DNA of 64,000 nt, taken from assembly GCF_006345805.1 (NCBI RefSeq), contig NC_043017.1, positions 31,062,001 to 31,126,000 of the forward strand, written 5' to 3'. The translations under genes and the position numbers were made by a program. Origin of the DNA: Octopus sinensis. Its lineage: Eukaryota. Below are positions 12,826 to 25,465 of the stretch, in pieces. The stretch's first letter is position 1. The number at the start of each line of letters is the position of its first letter. Below the pieces are notes generated by a model that was not told the DNA's origin, searched no databases, and worked only from the letters and a program-made list of their open reading frames with translations.

Positions 12826-12960
12826 TATATATATATGTATATAACATATGTATATATATATAATATTTATATATGTATGTGTGTGTGTGTGTGGTGTGTG
12901 TGTGTATGTATATATATAGAGATAATTATATAGATAGAGATAGATATACCTACACGCACA
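12600..12960. repeat. (TA)n/(TG)n microsatellite
   Basis: Direct reading. Confidence 0.95.
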
Positions 12961-14161
12961 TACACTATAAAAATACTCAGAATTTATGGATTTGAATATA
13001 TTCATTTAACCATTTGTCTTCCTTAGGATTTCACAGTCTTCTTCGTATCATAACAATATCGGTGTGTAGCAAATTATGTCTACGTATCAATACTAATATC
13101 CATGCTATGCATTATTCAATGCAATCTTACGTTCACAAGTCCACTCAGGTAAAGAAAGCTACTTCAGCAGATCACCAGAGCTTCATGATTACACCAATGC
13201 TTCAAATCTAAGTATACATACATTTTCTCTTTGAATATACAATGTATTGGTGACCAAGTCTAGATAAACTAAGCTTGGTATGGTCAGTAAACATAAAAAT
13301 TTACTTGTTTTATATCAGATACCAAGCGAGATCTAAGTTAATGGAATTAACAATCATTGCTGTTAGCAATAAGAAATAATCAATTCTCTGGACTTAGATC
13401 TAGCACTTTAATTGATATGAAACAACACATATTTATTTTTACTGACCAAAAAAGGAGAGACGGTTAGCACTCCCCTTGACAAGGACGGCAGAGATCAATC
13501 GATCTTTCTAACACATATGGGCATTGCTCTCTACTTCAGAGCAATCTATTTTTCAGCGGTGGTGCCACAGCATGGCCGCGACTTTCGGGCTAAAACATTT
13601 TTAAGGATTTAAGGATACCAAGTTAAGTTTATATAATTTGGGTATTCTATACATTCTTTATACAAAGAGAACATTTTTGCCTACTTAGAGTTGAATCTTT
13701 CATGTAAACACAATGATCTGATCTAATAAACTAAATTTCTTTTTCCACATTAATTTGTGAATACATAATTGTATTGTATAATATGTAGCATACATTTTAG
13801 TGCAGATATGTGAGCATAATATGTCATACACTGCAATTATTATTACATGAAATGGGGTGGAATGTAGCCGTAAACCTTAGGATGACAAGTTGTAAAATAA
13901 CTATAGTCACCTCTCATAGCACTAGATATTTTATGTTGTACATACTCCTCAAGAAATAATTTCATCATCCACTGAACATGCTGGATTTCAGCTAAAAGAA
14001 ACTTTGCAGTTTACTTCTCTGTATTAGATAACTATGCGGTCCGTTAAGTTTGCTACAGGATCGTTCTCTGAAAGCCACATGGTTCTATGAATCAATTTAT
14101 CATACCTCAAATATAATCTATCTATCTATCTATCTATAATATATATATCTATATATATATA

Positions 14162-14213
<52 letters not shown>

Positions 14214-14227
14214 GTATACATACATAC

Positions 14228-14277
<50 letters not shown>

Positions 14278-14279
<2 letters not shown>

Positions 14280-14468
14280 AGAGTTTACGAAACAAAAACA
14301 AAAGACGAAGACAGGTAGTGTACAAAACTAACAGATGTATTAATATAACACTCAGGAATAGAAAAAGGCTTTTACGTTTCGAGCCTACGCTCTTCAACAG
14401 AAAGGGATACAGAAAAAACAAGGAGAGATACAAGGAGAGAAAAATGTGTGTGTAGGGCTAACGATCTA
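14278..14468 (-). mobile_element. Penelope-like terminal repeat family F
   Basis: Contains the hammerhead-like motif at 14369-14404. Confidence 0.7.
14369..14404 (-). ncRNA. Minimal type-I hammerhead ribozyme fold, variant core (A6U)
   Basis: Minus strand: CUUU CUGUUGA A GAGC GUAG GCUC GAAAC GUA AAAG. Stem I CUUU/AAAG, stem II GAGC/GCUC, palindromic ACGU in place of stem III. Confidence 0.55.
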
Positions 14469-14924
14469 TGTGTGTATATATAGATATATACTTGTCGTGG
14501 TGAAAAACACTTTTTCTCCGTATATTTTTCACAGTAATCTTTTAAGAAATCAGGACATCTTTCGTACTGCTAACCATTCAACTTTAAATTACAAGCATTA
14601 ACTGTTGAAAGTCAATTCCACTGATATGTACATATAGGAAGTTCGATACGAAGTTTTGAATTCATCTTGTGGTTAGTAATCCATTACATTAAATTTAAAG
14701 CCAATCAGACTTTAAACATTATTTTACTGGGTTTTGTCTTTCGACTGTCACCATGATGGGGTATTACCTTCAAAAATATATTTGATTATACTGACCTCAG
14801 GATGTATTGCAATCTGGCATCTATTTTATCGATCTCTGCTTGATGAACTTCGAGACATAACAGGTCACAAACCTCGATTGAACAACAAATATAAACACAA
14901 ACACACACACACACATACACACAG

Positions 14925-15085
14925 ATATTGGGTGTAAGAATACATGTATGTTTGAGAAGTTTGTTTCCAAATCACATGTTTCCATGTTCAGTCCCTCCGC
15001 ATGGTATAGTGTTTTCCGCTATAGCCTTCGGCCGACCATATCTTTGGAACTGAATTTGGTTAACGGAACCTGCAGCGTCGTTCAT
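14925..15085 (+). mobile_element. Diverged SINE family A, 5' part
   Basis: gttcagtccctccgc..ctatagccttcggccgacca..tttggttaacggaac. Confidence 0.65.
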
Positions 15086-15201
15086 CAGAAAAATGACCGA
15101 ATGTCATGTTTAAAAAGAAGAGTTGTTTGCTTCGTACTCCTCGCGTGACGATTCTGCCCATATGAAAAGAACAAATAGCGCAATGTGGCCGTAGGTCATA
15201 A

Positions 15202-15222
15202 CACCCGGGCAACGCCGGGGTG
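15202..15222 (+). mobile_element. GC hairpin resembling a Helitron 3' subterminal hairpin
   Basis: cacccgggcaacgccggggtg; the expected downstream CTAG terminus is absent or decayed. Confidence 0.35.
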
Positions 15223-15414
15223 CATTGATAATTTTATATATGTTTATTTGTCTTTTTGTGTGTATGTATGTTTGATTACTTTCTTTCTAAAGTTGTTTAA
15301 CAGATGAAAAGTATGGCTTGGAGTTTAATCTAATAAATAATTTTATAGAAAGTGGGTGCAGATTAGTTTACATAGAAACCTACAAAATTATTCATAAACA
15401 TAAATTAATATGCA

Positions 15415-15429
15415 CACACACACACGCAC

Positions 15430-15487
<58 letters not shown>

Positions 15488-15500
15488 ACACACACACAAC
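15415..15500. repeat. (CA)n microsatellite
   Basis: Direct reading. Confidence 0.95.
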
Positions 15501-16234
15501 CTCTCTCTCAATCACACCTCAAGTACATGATTTCATACACAGAATATCCATTAGTAGGCAAGCAAAGATATTTCAAAAATCTGGATGGTTTCTCTATATG
15601 GGAATTTTTTTTCTGTGAGAATATATTTGTTGAGATTTTACCAAAGTCAGTTGAAATCTTTTTATAACAGCAACAAGAACATGCGATTCATAATAGTTAA
15701 ATCCTTGTTAATCTATGACCATTAAAATCAAAAGAATACTCTTGAAAGGAAAGAACTGAAGTGGTGAACACATAGTATGTGGTCCAAGATTTTACAATAC
15801 CCAAGAGTTTAATGTTCAGGAAGAATGGAATAATCTCTCTCTCTCTCTCTCTATTTCTCTACATATATATATAGAAAGAGAGAGAGACTGATATATATAT
15901 ATATATATGCGTATTTCAAAATAGAAAATTACCCTTTAACAGGTAATTTTACATGTGCTAGAAATAGCAGCCAACACGGCCAAAAACCACAATTTTTTAG
16001 CAAATTTCGAAGTAAATGAAAAATAAAAATCTTTACCTTGTTATATAACGGTTATACCATGGTTTCAGATTTCTTAAGCAAATAATATCGCTTACCATCT
16101 TTTAATAGATAATTTAGCAAGACCATATTATCTACCAGGCGAATCCTCGTCAGTAACCGGCCTAAACACGATGGTAAAAATTTTGATCAAAGGTCTGATC
16201 TACTTGGAATAATCTGCGGTTAAAATTCACAAGT

Positions 16235-16625
16235 AGGCATAGGCATGGCTGCGTGGTAAGGAGCTTGCTTCCAACTACATGGTTCTAGGTTCAGTCTTAC
16301 TGTATGGCGCATTGGACAAATGTCTTCTACTGAAGCCACAGGCCAACCAAATCTTTCTGGGTGGATTTGGTAGAGAGAACCTAAAAGGAGCCTGACATAT
16401 GTATGTATGTGCGCATGTGTGCATGTGTGTGTATGTGTGTCTGAGTGCATGTGTGTGTGTGTTTGTTTGTCCACCACCACCACTTGATATGTTTGTATCC
16501 CTGTGACTTAGCAGTTAGGCAAAATTGACCGTTAGAATAAGTACCAGGCTCATAAAATATAAGTATTGAGCTTGATACATTCTACTAAAAATTCTTGAAG
16601 GCAGTATTCCAGCATGGCTGCAGTG
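16235..16625 (+). mobile_element. Diverged SINE family A
   Basis: ggcatggctgcgtggtaag head through ccagcatggctgcagt tail. Confidence 0.8.
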
Positions 16626-16854
16626 TAAAAATCAGGATTGGAATGACTCCACCAAATAAGGACTGACCCGGGGCTAAACAGCTAAAGAATAATTATATCA
16701 GCAGTAAGAAGCAATAGGAACAGATCCTACCAAAATGCAGAGGCCTTGGTATATAAGCTGCACGTAATAATACAAGAATTAACTTAGTGTGAGAGAGAAG
16801 TTTATGGTCATTAACACAGCAGTGGCAGGACATAATTACAGCACATTCTATAAT

Positions 16855-16989
16855 CAATTATTTACACAAAATATATTACTTCGTTTTGTCCGTCTTTACA
16901 TTCTGAGTTCAAATACCACCAAGGTCGACTATGCCTCTCATTCTTTCGGGCTCAATAAAATAAACACCTGTTGATCAATGGAGTTGACG

Positions 16990-16990
<1 letters not shown>
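16855..16990 (+). mobile_element. Diverged SINE family B fragment
   Basis: ttctgagttcaaataccaccaaggtcgactatgcctctcattctttcggg. Confidence 0.65.
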
Positions 16991-17034
<44 letters not shown>

Positions 17035-17820
17035 GCCACACAACGTTATAATGAGACATAAACAAGACGCATCCGTACCTATAAGTTTGTATATATGGAA
17101 GACTTTGGTAGGTTTCGATCTCAGAACATAAAGCCAGTAGTAAAAGCAAATAAGAAGTTGGACTGGAACACTAACAATTCTGCCAGCTCAAAACCTCACC
17201 ATATAAAAAAAGGAAGTTAAGAATAATAAAATAGTTGCAACGATATGCAAATATTAAAACACATTGACAGGAAAGAAACAGATTTTCACATGGGAAATGA
17301 TATACAAAGTATGAAAAAATGTAACAATGAAAAAAAGCAGAACTATAAACTGAAATATTTCATTTACCTTAAGAATCATGTTCAGTAATAATCAGAAATT
17401 TGTTTCTTATGATGTCGTGACTAAGATAGATCAGTTGTAATTTTTATTTCCTTCCTTATTATTAACTATTCTTTCTTGTTTTCCATCTCAGACTTGGACA
17501 AGTCTAAAGACAAAAGAATGCTAAGAAAAAAAAAAAAAACGAAGATAATATTTTCTCTCAAATTTTTCTTTAACCCAACTTAACAAAATATCAAATATGT
17601 GTGTGCATGTGGGTGTTTGTATGTTTATGACAGTATATTTATATATATACACACACCCACACATATATATATATATGCATATATATATATGCATATATAA
17701 ATATATGTATATACAGAGCCACACACCGTACCTATAAGTTTGTATATATGGAAGATCTCTTACTTCCCTTTAAACCTGACGAAAATTAGAAATAATCAAT
17801 CTGATATAATCACCTGTTTA

Positions 17821-18147
17821 AGGCGCATGGCTCAGTGGTTAGAGCGTCGAGCTTACGATCGTGAGGTTGTGAGCTCGAATCCCGGACCGGGCTGCGTGTT
17901 GTGTTCTCGAGCAAGGCACTTTATTTCATGTTGCTCCTGTTCACTCAGCTGTAGAAATGAGTTGCGACGTCACTGGTGCCAAGCTGTATCGGCCCCTGCC
18001 TTTCCCTTGGGTAACACTGGGGAGGCTGGTATGCATGGGCGACTGCTGGCCTTCCATAAACAACCTTGCCCTTACTTGTGTCTAGGAGGGTAACTTTCTA
18101 GGTGCAATCCCATGGTCATTCATGACCGAAGGGGGTCTTTACCCTTT
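17821..18147 (+). mobile_element. tRNA-Arg-like SINE family H (Meta/Deu-like central domain)
   Basis: A-box tggctcagtgg, ACG anticodon-like loop, B-box gctcgaatccc, then gagcaaggcactt..gctcc..cactcagctgtagaaatgag; no acceptor stem, so not a tRNA gene. Confidence 0.8.
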
Positions 18148-18194
18148 CATCTAGAGGTTTCTACTAAATTTATTTTTCTACTGTACAGACAAGG

Positions 18195-18380
18195 CCTGAA
18201 CTTTTGTGGGAGGGGAGATAATCGATTACGTCAACCCTAGTGCTAAACTGGTAATTATTTCATCGACCCCGAAATAATGAAACGCAAATTTCACATGAGT
18301 GGAATTTGAACTCAGAACACAAGGCTGCAAAATATGGCATTAATCTTTTTGTTCAGCATCTTAATGATTCTGCCAGCAAT
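18195..18380 (-). mobile_element. Diverged SINE family B
   Basis: catcgaccccgaaataatgaaa..ggaatttgaactcagaac. Confidence 0.7.
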
Positions 18381-18484
18381 GTGCTACTCGTAATTAAAAA
18401 CCAATTTCCCAGAATCAATAAATAATCAAAACCTCTTTAATTTTCATGTGATGGTTATTTTTATGAGTATAGATAAAATCGCTT

Positions 18485-18506
18485 CTAACACTCTGTGTGC
18501 CTGTGT

Positions 18507-18580
<74 letters not shown>
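18485..18580. repeat. (TG)n microsatellite
   Basis: Direct reading. Confidence 0.95.
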
Positions 18581-18586
<6 letters not shown>

Positions 18587-19134
18587 ACAGACACAAGTAC
18601 ACAAAAACCGCTCAGATTTCATCTAAAACTCCAGAATGTAATTCCAGAAATCTTACGTACTTTTCATTGAGAGGATTACCTCTCTCACATGTCATTCGCA
18701 GATTCCTCCTCATCTGGTGGCATCATATAACACTACACAGGCATGACAGTGAAGATATATGTATGTGACATGCTCTCTTACAGATGCCGATTACTTGAAA
18801 ACTTCCATGACCCTTATCCACTTCCTTTAGAGACTCCAAAAACATCAAAATATTTCTTTAGTATCTCATGGAACATGTTTAGCAGGGATGTTCTTCCCCC
18901 ACGTGGTATCAGTAATAGCCAACACTTCCTCTATGAGAAATTACAGCAACCTAGAATAATCATCAACAGAATATAGGCATATTATTGTTGCCAACAAAGG
19001 CACTCTCCGTCAGTGAACTTCAAGTCTTTGACTACAGATGACCTGGGTATTTCATGCTAGACCTAACTGACCTACTGCTAAATACAGAGTGTGTGATCTC
19101 TCACTTAATACATTTATCGATCAATCCATTTATC

Positions 19135-19172
19135 TCTTTATCTATGTATCTATCAATTTATCTATCTATGTG

Positions 19173-19236
<64 letters not shown>

Positions 19237-19290
19237 CCTATCTGTCTGTCTGTCTGTCTGTCTTTCTATATGTATATATATATATATATA
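19135..19290. repeat. (TCTA)n/(TCTG)n microsatellite
   Basis: Direct reading. Confidence 0.95.
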
Positions 19291-19669
19291 GAAAACGAAG
19301 GTAAGGACAAGACGCGACTTCATTGAAACATTCCTTCCCGCAAAGCAAATTATATAAAATTTGGGATATTTTTCGGATAGTAAAAGGGGTAACAAGAATA
19401 GGACAGTATGAACAAAACAAGACAGTAAAAACAATAAAAAAGAAAAAAACAGTAAAAGACAGAAAGATGAGAATAAAACAGTAAAAACAAACGGTGAGGG
19501 TTTTTAAGCCAAGACGATAGAAAAATTATTCTGAATGCTTAAAGAGACAGTTTGTAAGCGTTTAACCATCTTTCTTTCCTTCCGTAAGCGTCTGCTTAAT
19601 ACTTTAAATGTGCCACGTCGCCAAGTTGTTGAATTTTGTGTTTGTTGTTGTTCTTTTTTGGGGATTTAC

Positions 19670-19703
<34 letters not shown>

Positions 19704-20117
19704 CTATATATATATATATATATCTATAACTACATACATGATACATACATATATATGTATATATATATATGTGTGTGTGTGTGTGTACCAAATGATCTTT
19801 TTATGTATCGTTTTCTATATATAGAATGAGACACATACATGCACATATCTCTACATATACCTATACACACATATTGAAAACATAATGAGAACATTAAATA
19901 AGTAAACAGGAAAAACACAGTGTAAATTTAATGCATGATATAGAATAAATACAAAATATATTTTTATATCATGCATTGATTTTATTGGTACACTGTATCT
20001 TTCCTGTAATTTAATGTTTTCATTGATTTCAATATGAGAAATACATATATATCTTTATATATAATATATATATATATATATATCACTATATATATATATA
20101 TATATATAGTTAATCCA

Positions 20118-20320
20118 AACATGAGAACACAAAGAGAAAACACTACAACGCGAGGACGTGGAACAGATATAGTATAATTGGACGCTCAGGAAGGAAGGGA
20201 AGAAGAAGGGTTTTTACATTTCGAGCGGAGCTCTTCGTCAGAAACATAGGAAAAGGAAAGATCCAGAGAAGGGAAGACGGAGGAAAAAAATCGCCAACGG
20301 CACACACGCGGTCACATTTT
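20118..20320 (-). mobile_element. Penelope-like terminal repeat family J
   Basis: Inverted homolog of 62800-63015; carries a hammerhead motif. Confidence 0.75.
20210..20245 (-). ncRNA. Minimal type-I hammerhead ribozyme fold
   Basis: Minus strand: GUUU CUGACGA A GAGC UCC GCUC GAAAU GUA AAAAC. Canonical CUGANGA and GAAA boxes; C-to-U change in the ACGU palindrome. Confidence 0.6.
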
Positions 20321-20604
20321 GAAATTTCTTTGTACATTAGTCCCTGATGATATTCTGGCTTATAATTATTAACCAAATTGATTAAATTAAATTTGATTGA
20401 TTTTATATTATAAGCGATCAATTGAAACAATTGTAGGCTTTGTCAATGTTTTAATAAATTTTTAGTAATATTACCTCCATCTTCTCTCTAGGTTTTATAA
20501 TAATAATATGTGTGTGCTTCCATATTAAAAGGTATTCAAGCAGTCTAATCTTGGATATTTCTATCACTCTGAGGTTTAAATATCCTCACCTGTACTTATA
20601 TCTA

Positions 20605-20627
20605 GATAGATAGATAGATAGATAGAC

Positions 20628-20720
<93 letters not shown>

Positions 20721-20817
20721 CATGGGTAGATAGGTAGATAGATAGATAAATAAATGGATGGATAGATAGAGAATGGATGGATTAATTGATGGATAGATAG
20801 ATAGATAGATAGATAGA

Positions 20818-20881
<64 letters not shown>

Positions 20882-20900
20882 ATAGATAGAGAGATAGATT
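20605..20900. repeat. (AGAT)n microsatellite
   Basis: Direct reading. Confidence 0.97.
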
Positions 20901-21264
20901 TACATCATATATACATGGATATTGGTTAGAGAGTTAGTATAATCAACTCTCATAATCACATCTGCACCATTTGAATCACTTCGAAGATGGATGTGGTTAT
21001 TAAAAAAATCGTGAATAACAAAAGAGAAGATCAGAGAAAATAAGAATTAGACAGAAATATCATAAAAATTATGAAAGTAATATTAAAATCTGAAGGAAAT
21101 ATGACTCAGCTCCGAGCATTCTTTTATACACACACACACACACAAACACAGATATAGAACCTTGTGTGTGCGTGCGTGTGTGTATACGTTTGGATATATA
21201 AATATACATACTTACAATTAAATATCCATGTAGAAATGTGCAAATACATACATAGGCGTATGTA

Positions 21265-21545
21265 TGTAAACAAAAATGTATATTTGTGTGTGTATGTATA
21301 TATATGTACTCCTGATTATATATAATCGTGTATATGTATTTATATGTATATACGTAAATATATATGAGTGTGTGTGTAAATATAAATAAAATACACATGT
21401 ATATTTGTGTGTGTATGTATATATATATTTCTGATTATATATAATTGTGTATGTGTATTTATATGTATATACATATATATATATATATATGAGTGTGTGT
21501 GTAAATGTAAATAAAATGCACATTTGTGTGTGTGTATATATATAT
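21265..21545 (+). repeat. About 125-bp tandem duplication of microsatellite-rich sequence, about 2.3 units
   Basis: atgtatatttgtgtgtgtatgtata..ctgattatatataat..gagtgtgtgtgtaaat occurs twice and partly a third time. Confidence 0.8.
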
Positions 21546-21610
21546 ACATATGGATGCACACACACACATACATTTATGCATATATATATATATTGTCTAT
21601 AGAAATATAT

Positions 21611-21645
<35 letters not shown>

Positions 21646-21755
21646 GTGTGGCTAAAATGTATGCATGGATATATATAATATGCATATACCTGTATACGTA
21701 CATATATTATGTGCACATATTTTTAAAACACATCCACACACGCACACATGCGTTA

Positions 21756-21792
<37 letters not shown>

Positions 21793-22279
21793 AGAGAGAG
21801 AGAGAGAGAGAGAGTGAGGTAGAGAGGAAGAGGGAGAGGAATTTTCTTATTTCTTCATCGTCTTTCTTCAATCATTCCTCGATATCTCACAAAGAAAGAA
21901 AAGTGATGGATTGAATAAGGCAACTTAGAATAATATTCAACGTGGAATCAAATTAGAATAAAAATAGAATTTTTTTTTTTAATATTATACAATGTGGAAT
22001 TATTTTAGATGAAATTCAGAGAATGGTTTTGATAGTCAGGTAAGGAATTGCAACAAAATTTAGACGAATTTCACAGCTTTTTTCTTTTTCTTTTAGATTT
22101 AAATTATTTTTTTGCTTTCATTTTGTTTTGTATTTAAATTTCGTTTCTGCATTTCTTCATTATTGAAGCTTAAAGGCACGTAATATCATATACATATATA
22201 TATTGATATATTGATATATTAATCACAATATAACTTTATGATTTTTCAGTTCTATTTCTTAGACATCTGCTGACATTTA

Positions 22280-22282
22280 ACT

Positions 22283-22332
<50 letters not shown>

Positions 22333-22493
22333 TTGTAATAGTAATAATATTAATAATAATAATAATAATAATAACAATAATGATAATAACAATAATGATA
22401 ATAATAATAATGATAATAATAATAATAATAATAACAATAATGTTATTATTAATAGTATTGATTAAAATTGTTGTTGCCATTGTTATTGTTTAC

Positions 22494-22537
<44 letters not shown>

Positions 22538-22670
22538 CATTATTATTATTATTATTATTATTTTATTATTATTTTATTATATATTATTATTATTATCATC
22601 ATCATCATCATCATCATTATCATCATTTTCATCATCATCATCATCATCTTCATCATCATCATCATCATCG

Positions 22671-22704
<34 letters not shown>

Positions 22705-22710
22705 CATCAT

Positions 22711-22741
<31 letters not shown>

Positions 22742-22770
22742 TAGTAGTAGTAGTAGTAGTAGTAGTAGTC
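22280..22770. repeat. Compound trinucleotide array (AAT)n-(ATT)n-(ATC)n-(ATT)n-(AGT)n
   Basis: Direct reading. Confidence 0.95.
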
Positions 22771-23099
22771 TTGTTCTTGTTTCAGATGTTGTGGTTCTGG
22801 TTATTTATACACCAACAGCATCAAATGGTTTCTTCCTTTTTCTTGAAATATACAGTGTGTGTGTATGTGTATGTGTGTATGTTTAAAAGTATGTGTGTGT
22901 ATGTGTAAATATGTGAATGTGTGTTTATATGGAAATCTTAGTGAAAATATATGCATCATCTCACACAGACAGACAGATAATGAGAGTATGTGAGAGAGAG
23001 ACAAAGAGACGGAGACAGAGTGAGAGAAAAAGGAGTACAAATGGGGAGATAGCTAGAGACCTAAATGTTAGTAGATAGGTAGATATATATATGCATATT

Positions 23100-23434
23100 A
23101 TATCGATATAGAAGTATACACGCTGTTGTAATGTATATATACACACATATATATACACACATATATATTCACTCACATACACACACAGAATATATATATA
23201 CCCGTTTATCAATATACATATTTAAGTTCTTTTTATATAAGTATATATTTATACATATATATAATATATATAAATATATATATACACACATACATATAAA
23301 TATATATACATACAAATATATATATATAAATATATGTACATATATATACATATATACTTATATATTTATATATATTTATGTATACATATATTATATATAT
23401 ACATATATACATATATATACATATATATATATAT

Positions 23435-23474
<40 letters not shown>

Positions 23475-23510
23475 GCATACATCTATATACATATAGAGAG
23501 AGATAGATTG
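23100..23510. repeat. TA/CA-rich microsatellite field
   Basis: Direct reading. Confidence 0.9.
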
Positions 23511-23993
23511 ATATTTAGATAGCTAGAGAGTGAGTGAGAGAGAGAGATGCATATTCATTCATGCGTACATGCATACACATATACATGCTTACACATTTTG
23601 AATTCAAGCTGTATTCATACTGTCGAATGTTAAGTGTACGGCGTTAAATAATTACATTTCATGAGAGCATTTCAAAATTTTTCTCCTCGACTTGGTAACT
23701 TTTCAAGAATATGAATTAACATTTGCTGTCATTGGAGTAAAATTCATCTGAGATTCTCTGAAAGTATTCTTCTTGACATCTGTCACATCAGTTCAGCAAC
23801 ATGTTGCCCTACACTCCTTCACTGATCTTGTAAAAGACGCTATGATACATTACAACACAACAATTTACTAATTTTCCTGCTTTCATTGACAGTTTTCAAA
23901 TGTCATAACATCTTTGATATAGATAAAACTTGTTGGATTAAGGGGGAAAAAACCCGTTGCCCGTTGATGCATCTCTGGAGAAATCAACTCTGT

Positions 23994-23994
<1 letters not shown>

Positions 23995-24069
<75 letters not shown>

Positions 24070-24420
24070 TATATATATACTATATATATATATACATACA
24101 TACATATATATATATACATACATACATACATATAGTGTAAACGTGTATTGCCTTCACGTGTATATGTATGTATATATGTATGTATGTTGTAGCTATATAA
24201 ACATATGAATGTATACATACACATACAGATACGTATTTGTTATAAATTGCATTGGTTTGAATTTAGAAATATCATTATCATCATCGACTTTCAAATTTCG
24301 TTTTATGATCAGTATAATTATGAATAAAATACATACATATATGTATGCATGTATATACATATATGTATGTATGTGTATGTATGTATGTGTATGTATGTGT
24401 GTATGTATGTATGTATGTAG
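23995..24420. repeat. (CA)n-(TA)n-(TATG)n microsatellites
   Basis: Direct reading. Confidence 0.9.
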
Positions 24421-24710
24421 TGGGTGATTAAGATAAACACCTCAAAAAATATTTACTTCCTATGTACGTTTCACCATTTGATTTATCTGGAACTCGGCAC
24501 AGGACGGTCTTGGTATATTTGGTTTCAAAACCATGTTCCTATTGTTCTCGGAAGATGCAATGCTGAGGTCCAATTAACTGCAATGGCAAAACATACATAG
24601 GAACTACATGATAATATTAGTGTTTATTTTAGTTTTCCAGCACTTTCCCTTAAAGCCAGGAACTTTTCAGCGACCCCCCCTATACACATGTACATATGTA
24701 GAAATATATG

Positions 24711-25400
24711 CAGCGTGCGATGGGTGAATTATCACTATATTTCCAATTTTGCCCGTGCGCATTGTTTGCTTTCGATTTTTGTCGACTACACAGTATAGTA
24801 GGTCCAGTTGGGCACCGTCTGTGAAAAAGCATCATGACGCAATTGGTTCTGTTAGAAATTTTAAAACGTTATATTGTACTGCTTGACATTCACACCAGAA
24901 ACTCCAATACGAATGTTTCAGAGTGTTTGGGTGGAGATCTGCGGACAGTGCAATCTGAGGACAAGTAGCAAGAGCGATAAAAACCAAACATTCAGTCAAC
25001 ATCATGGTGTTTGAAGTGATCACTAGTGATAGTGACGTTACACCTCCAGTCATCTTCTCACAAAACCTCAGACTCAACACGGAGGCCTACATCAAAGGAC
25101 TGGAGGAGGTAGGGCTGCATCAAAAGATTGGCTGATGGAAGATCCTATATCTTACAACATGACTCTTCACCATTCCTCACTAGCAGGAGAACCCAGTCAG
25201 GGCTATCAGACAATTTCTGCAACCACGTCAGCCCTAACATCTCGCCATCTAACTCCACAGACTGCAATCCCCTTGACCATTGTATGTGGGACGCAGATGA
25301 GCGAGTGACTAACAAAACTCAATGCAACACCAAAAATGAAGGCAAGACTTGTGGCAGCACTGACTAACTTAAACAAGCAGTCAGGTAACCGAAACACCTG
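24711..25400 (+). mobile_element. Degenerate Tc1/mariner transposon, maT/DD37D-like
   Basis: Translates to KTKHSVNIMVFEVITSDSDVTPP..LRLNTEAYIK and GRSYILQHDSSP..TSRRTQ..PSNSTDCNPLD..WDA, matching the maT catalytic region (QQDSAP, WPPNSPDCNPLD). Confidence 0.8.
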
Positions 25401-25465
25401 GCAGGACGCCTAACATTCTGAGCTCTTTTTCAGGGTTAAGAAGTGAAGGACCGCTGTAATAAGTG

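Noticed and set aside
17821-17895. tRNA-Arg-like sequence (also the heads of family C)
   Set aside because: A and B boxes are present but there is no acceptor stem, and the sequence continues into a SINE body.
18640-19080. Possible decayed RTE reverse-transcriptase fragment (SVVKDLKFTDG)
   Set aside because: Only a vague resemblance to the LFADD region, with no second motif to support it.
24481-24600. IWFQN homeodomain-like motif in a short open frame
   Set aside because: The flanks lack helix-3 context (no RR/K after WFQN, no upstream homeodomain residues) and there are no supporting splice sites; likely chance.
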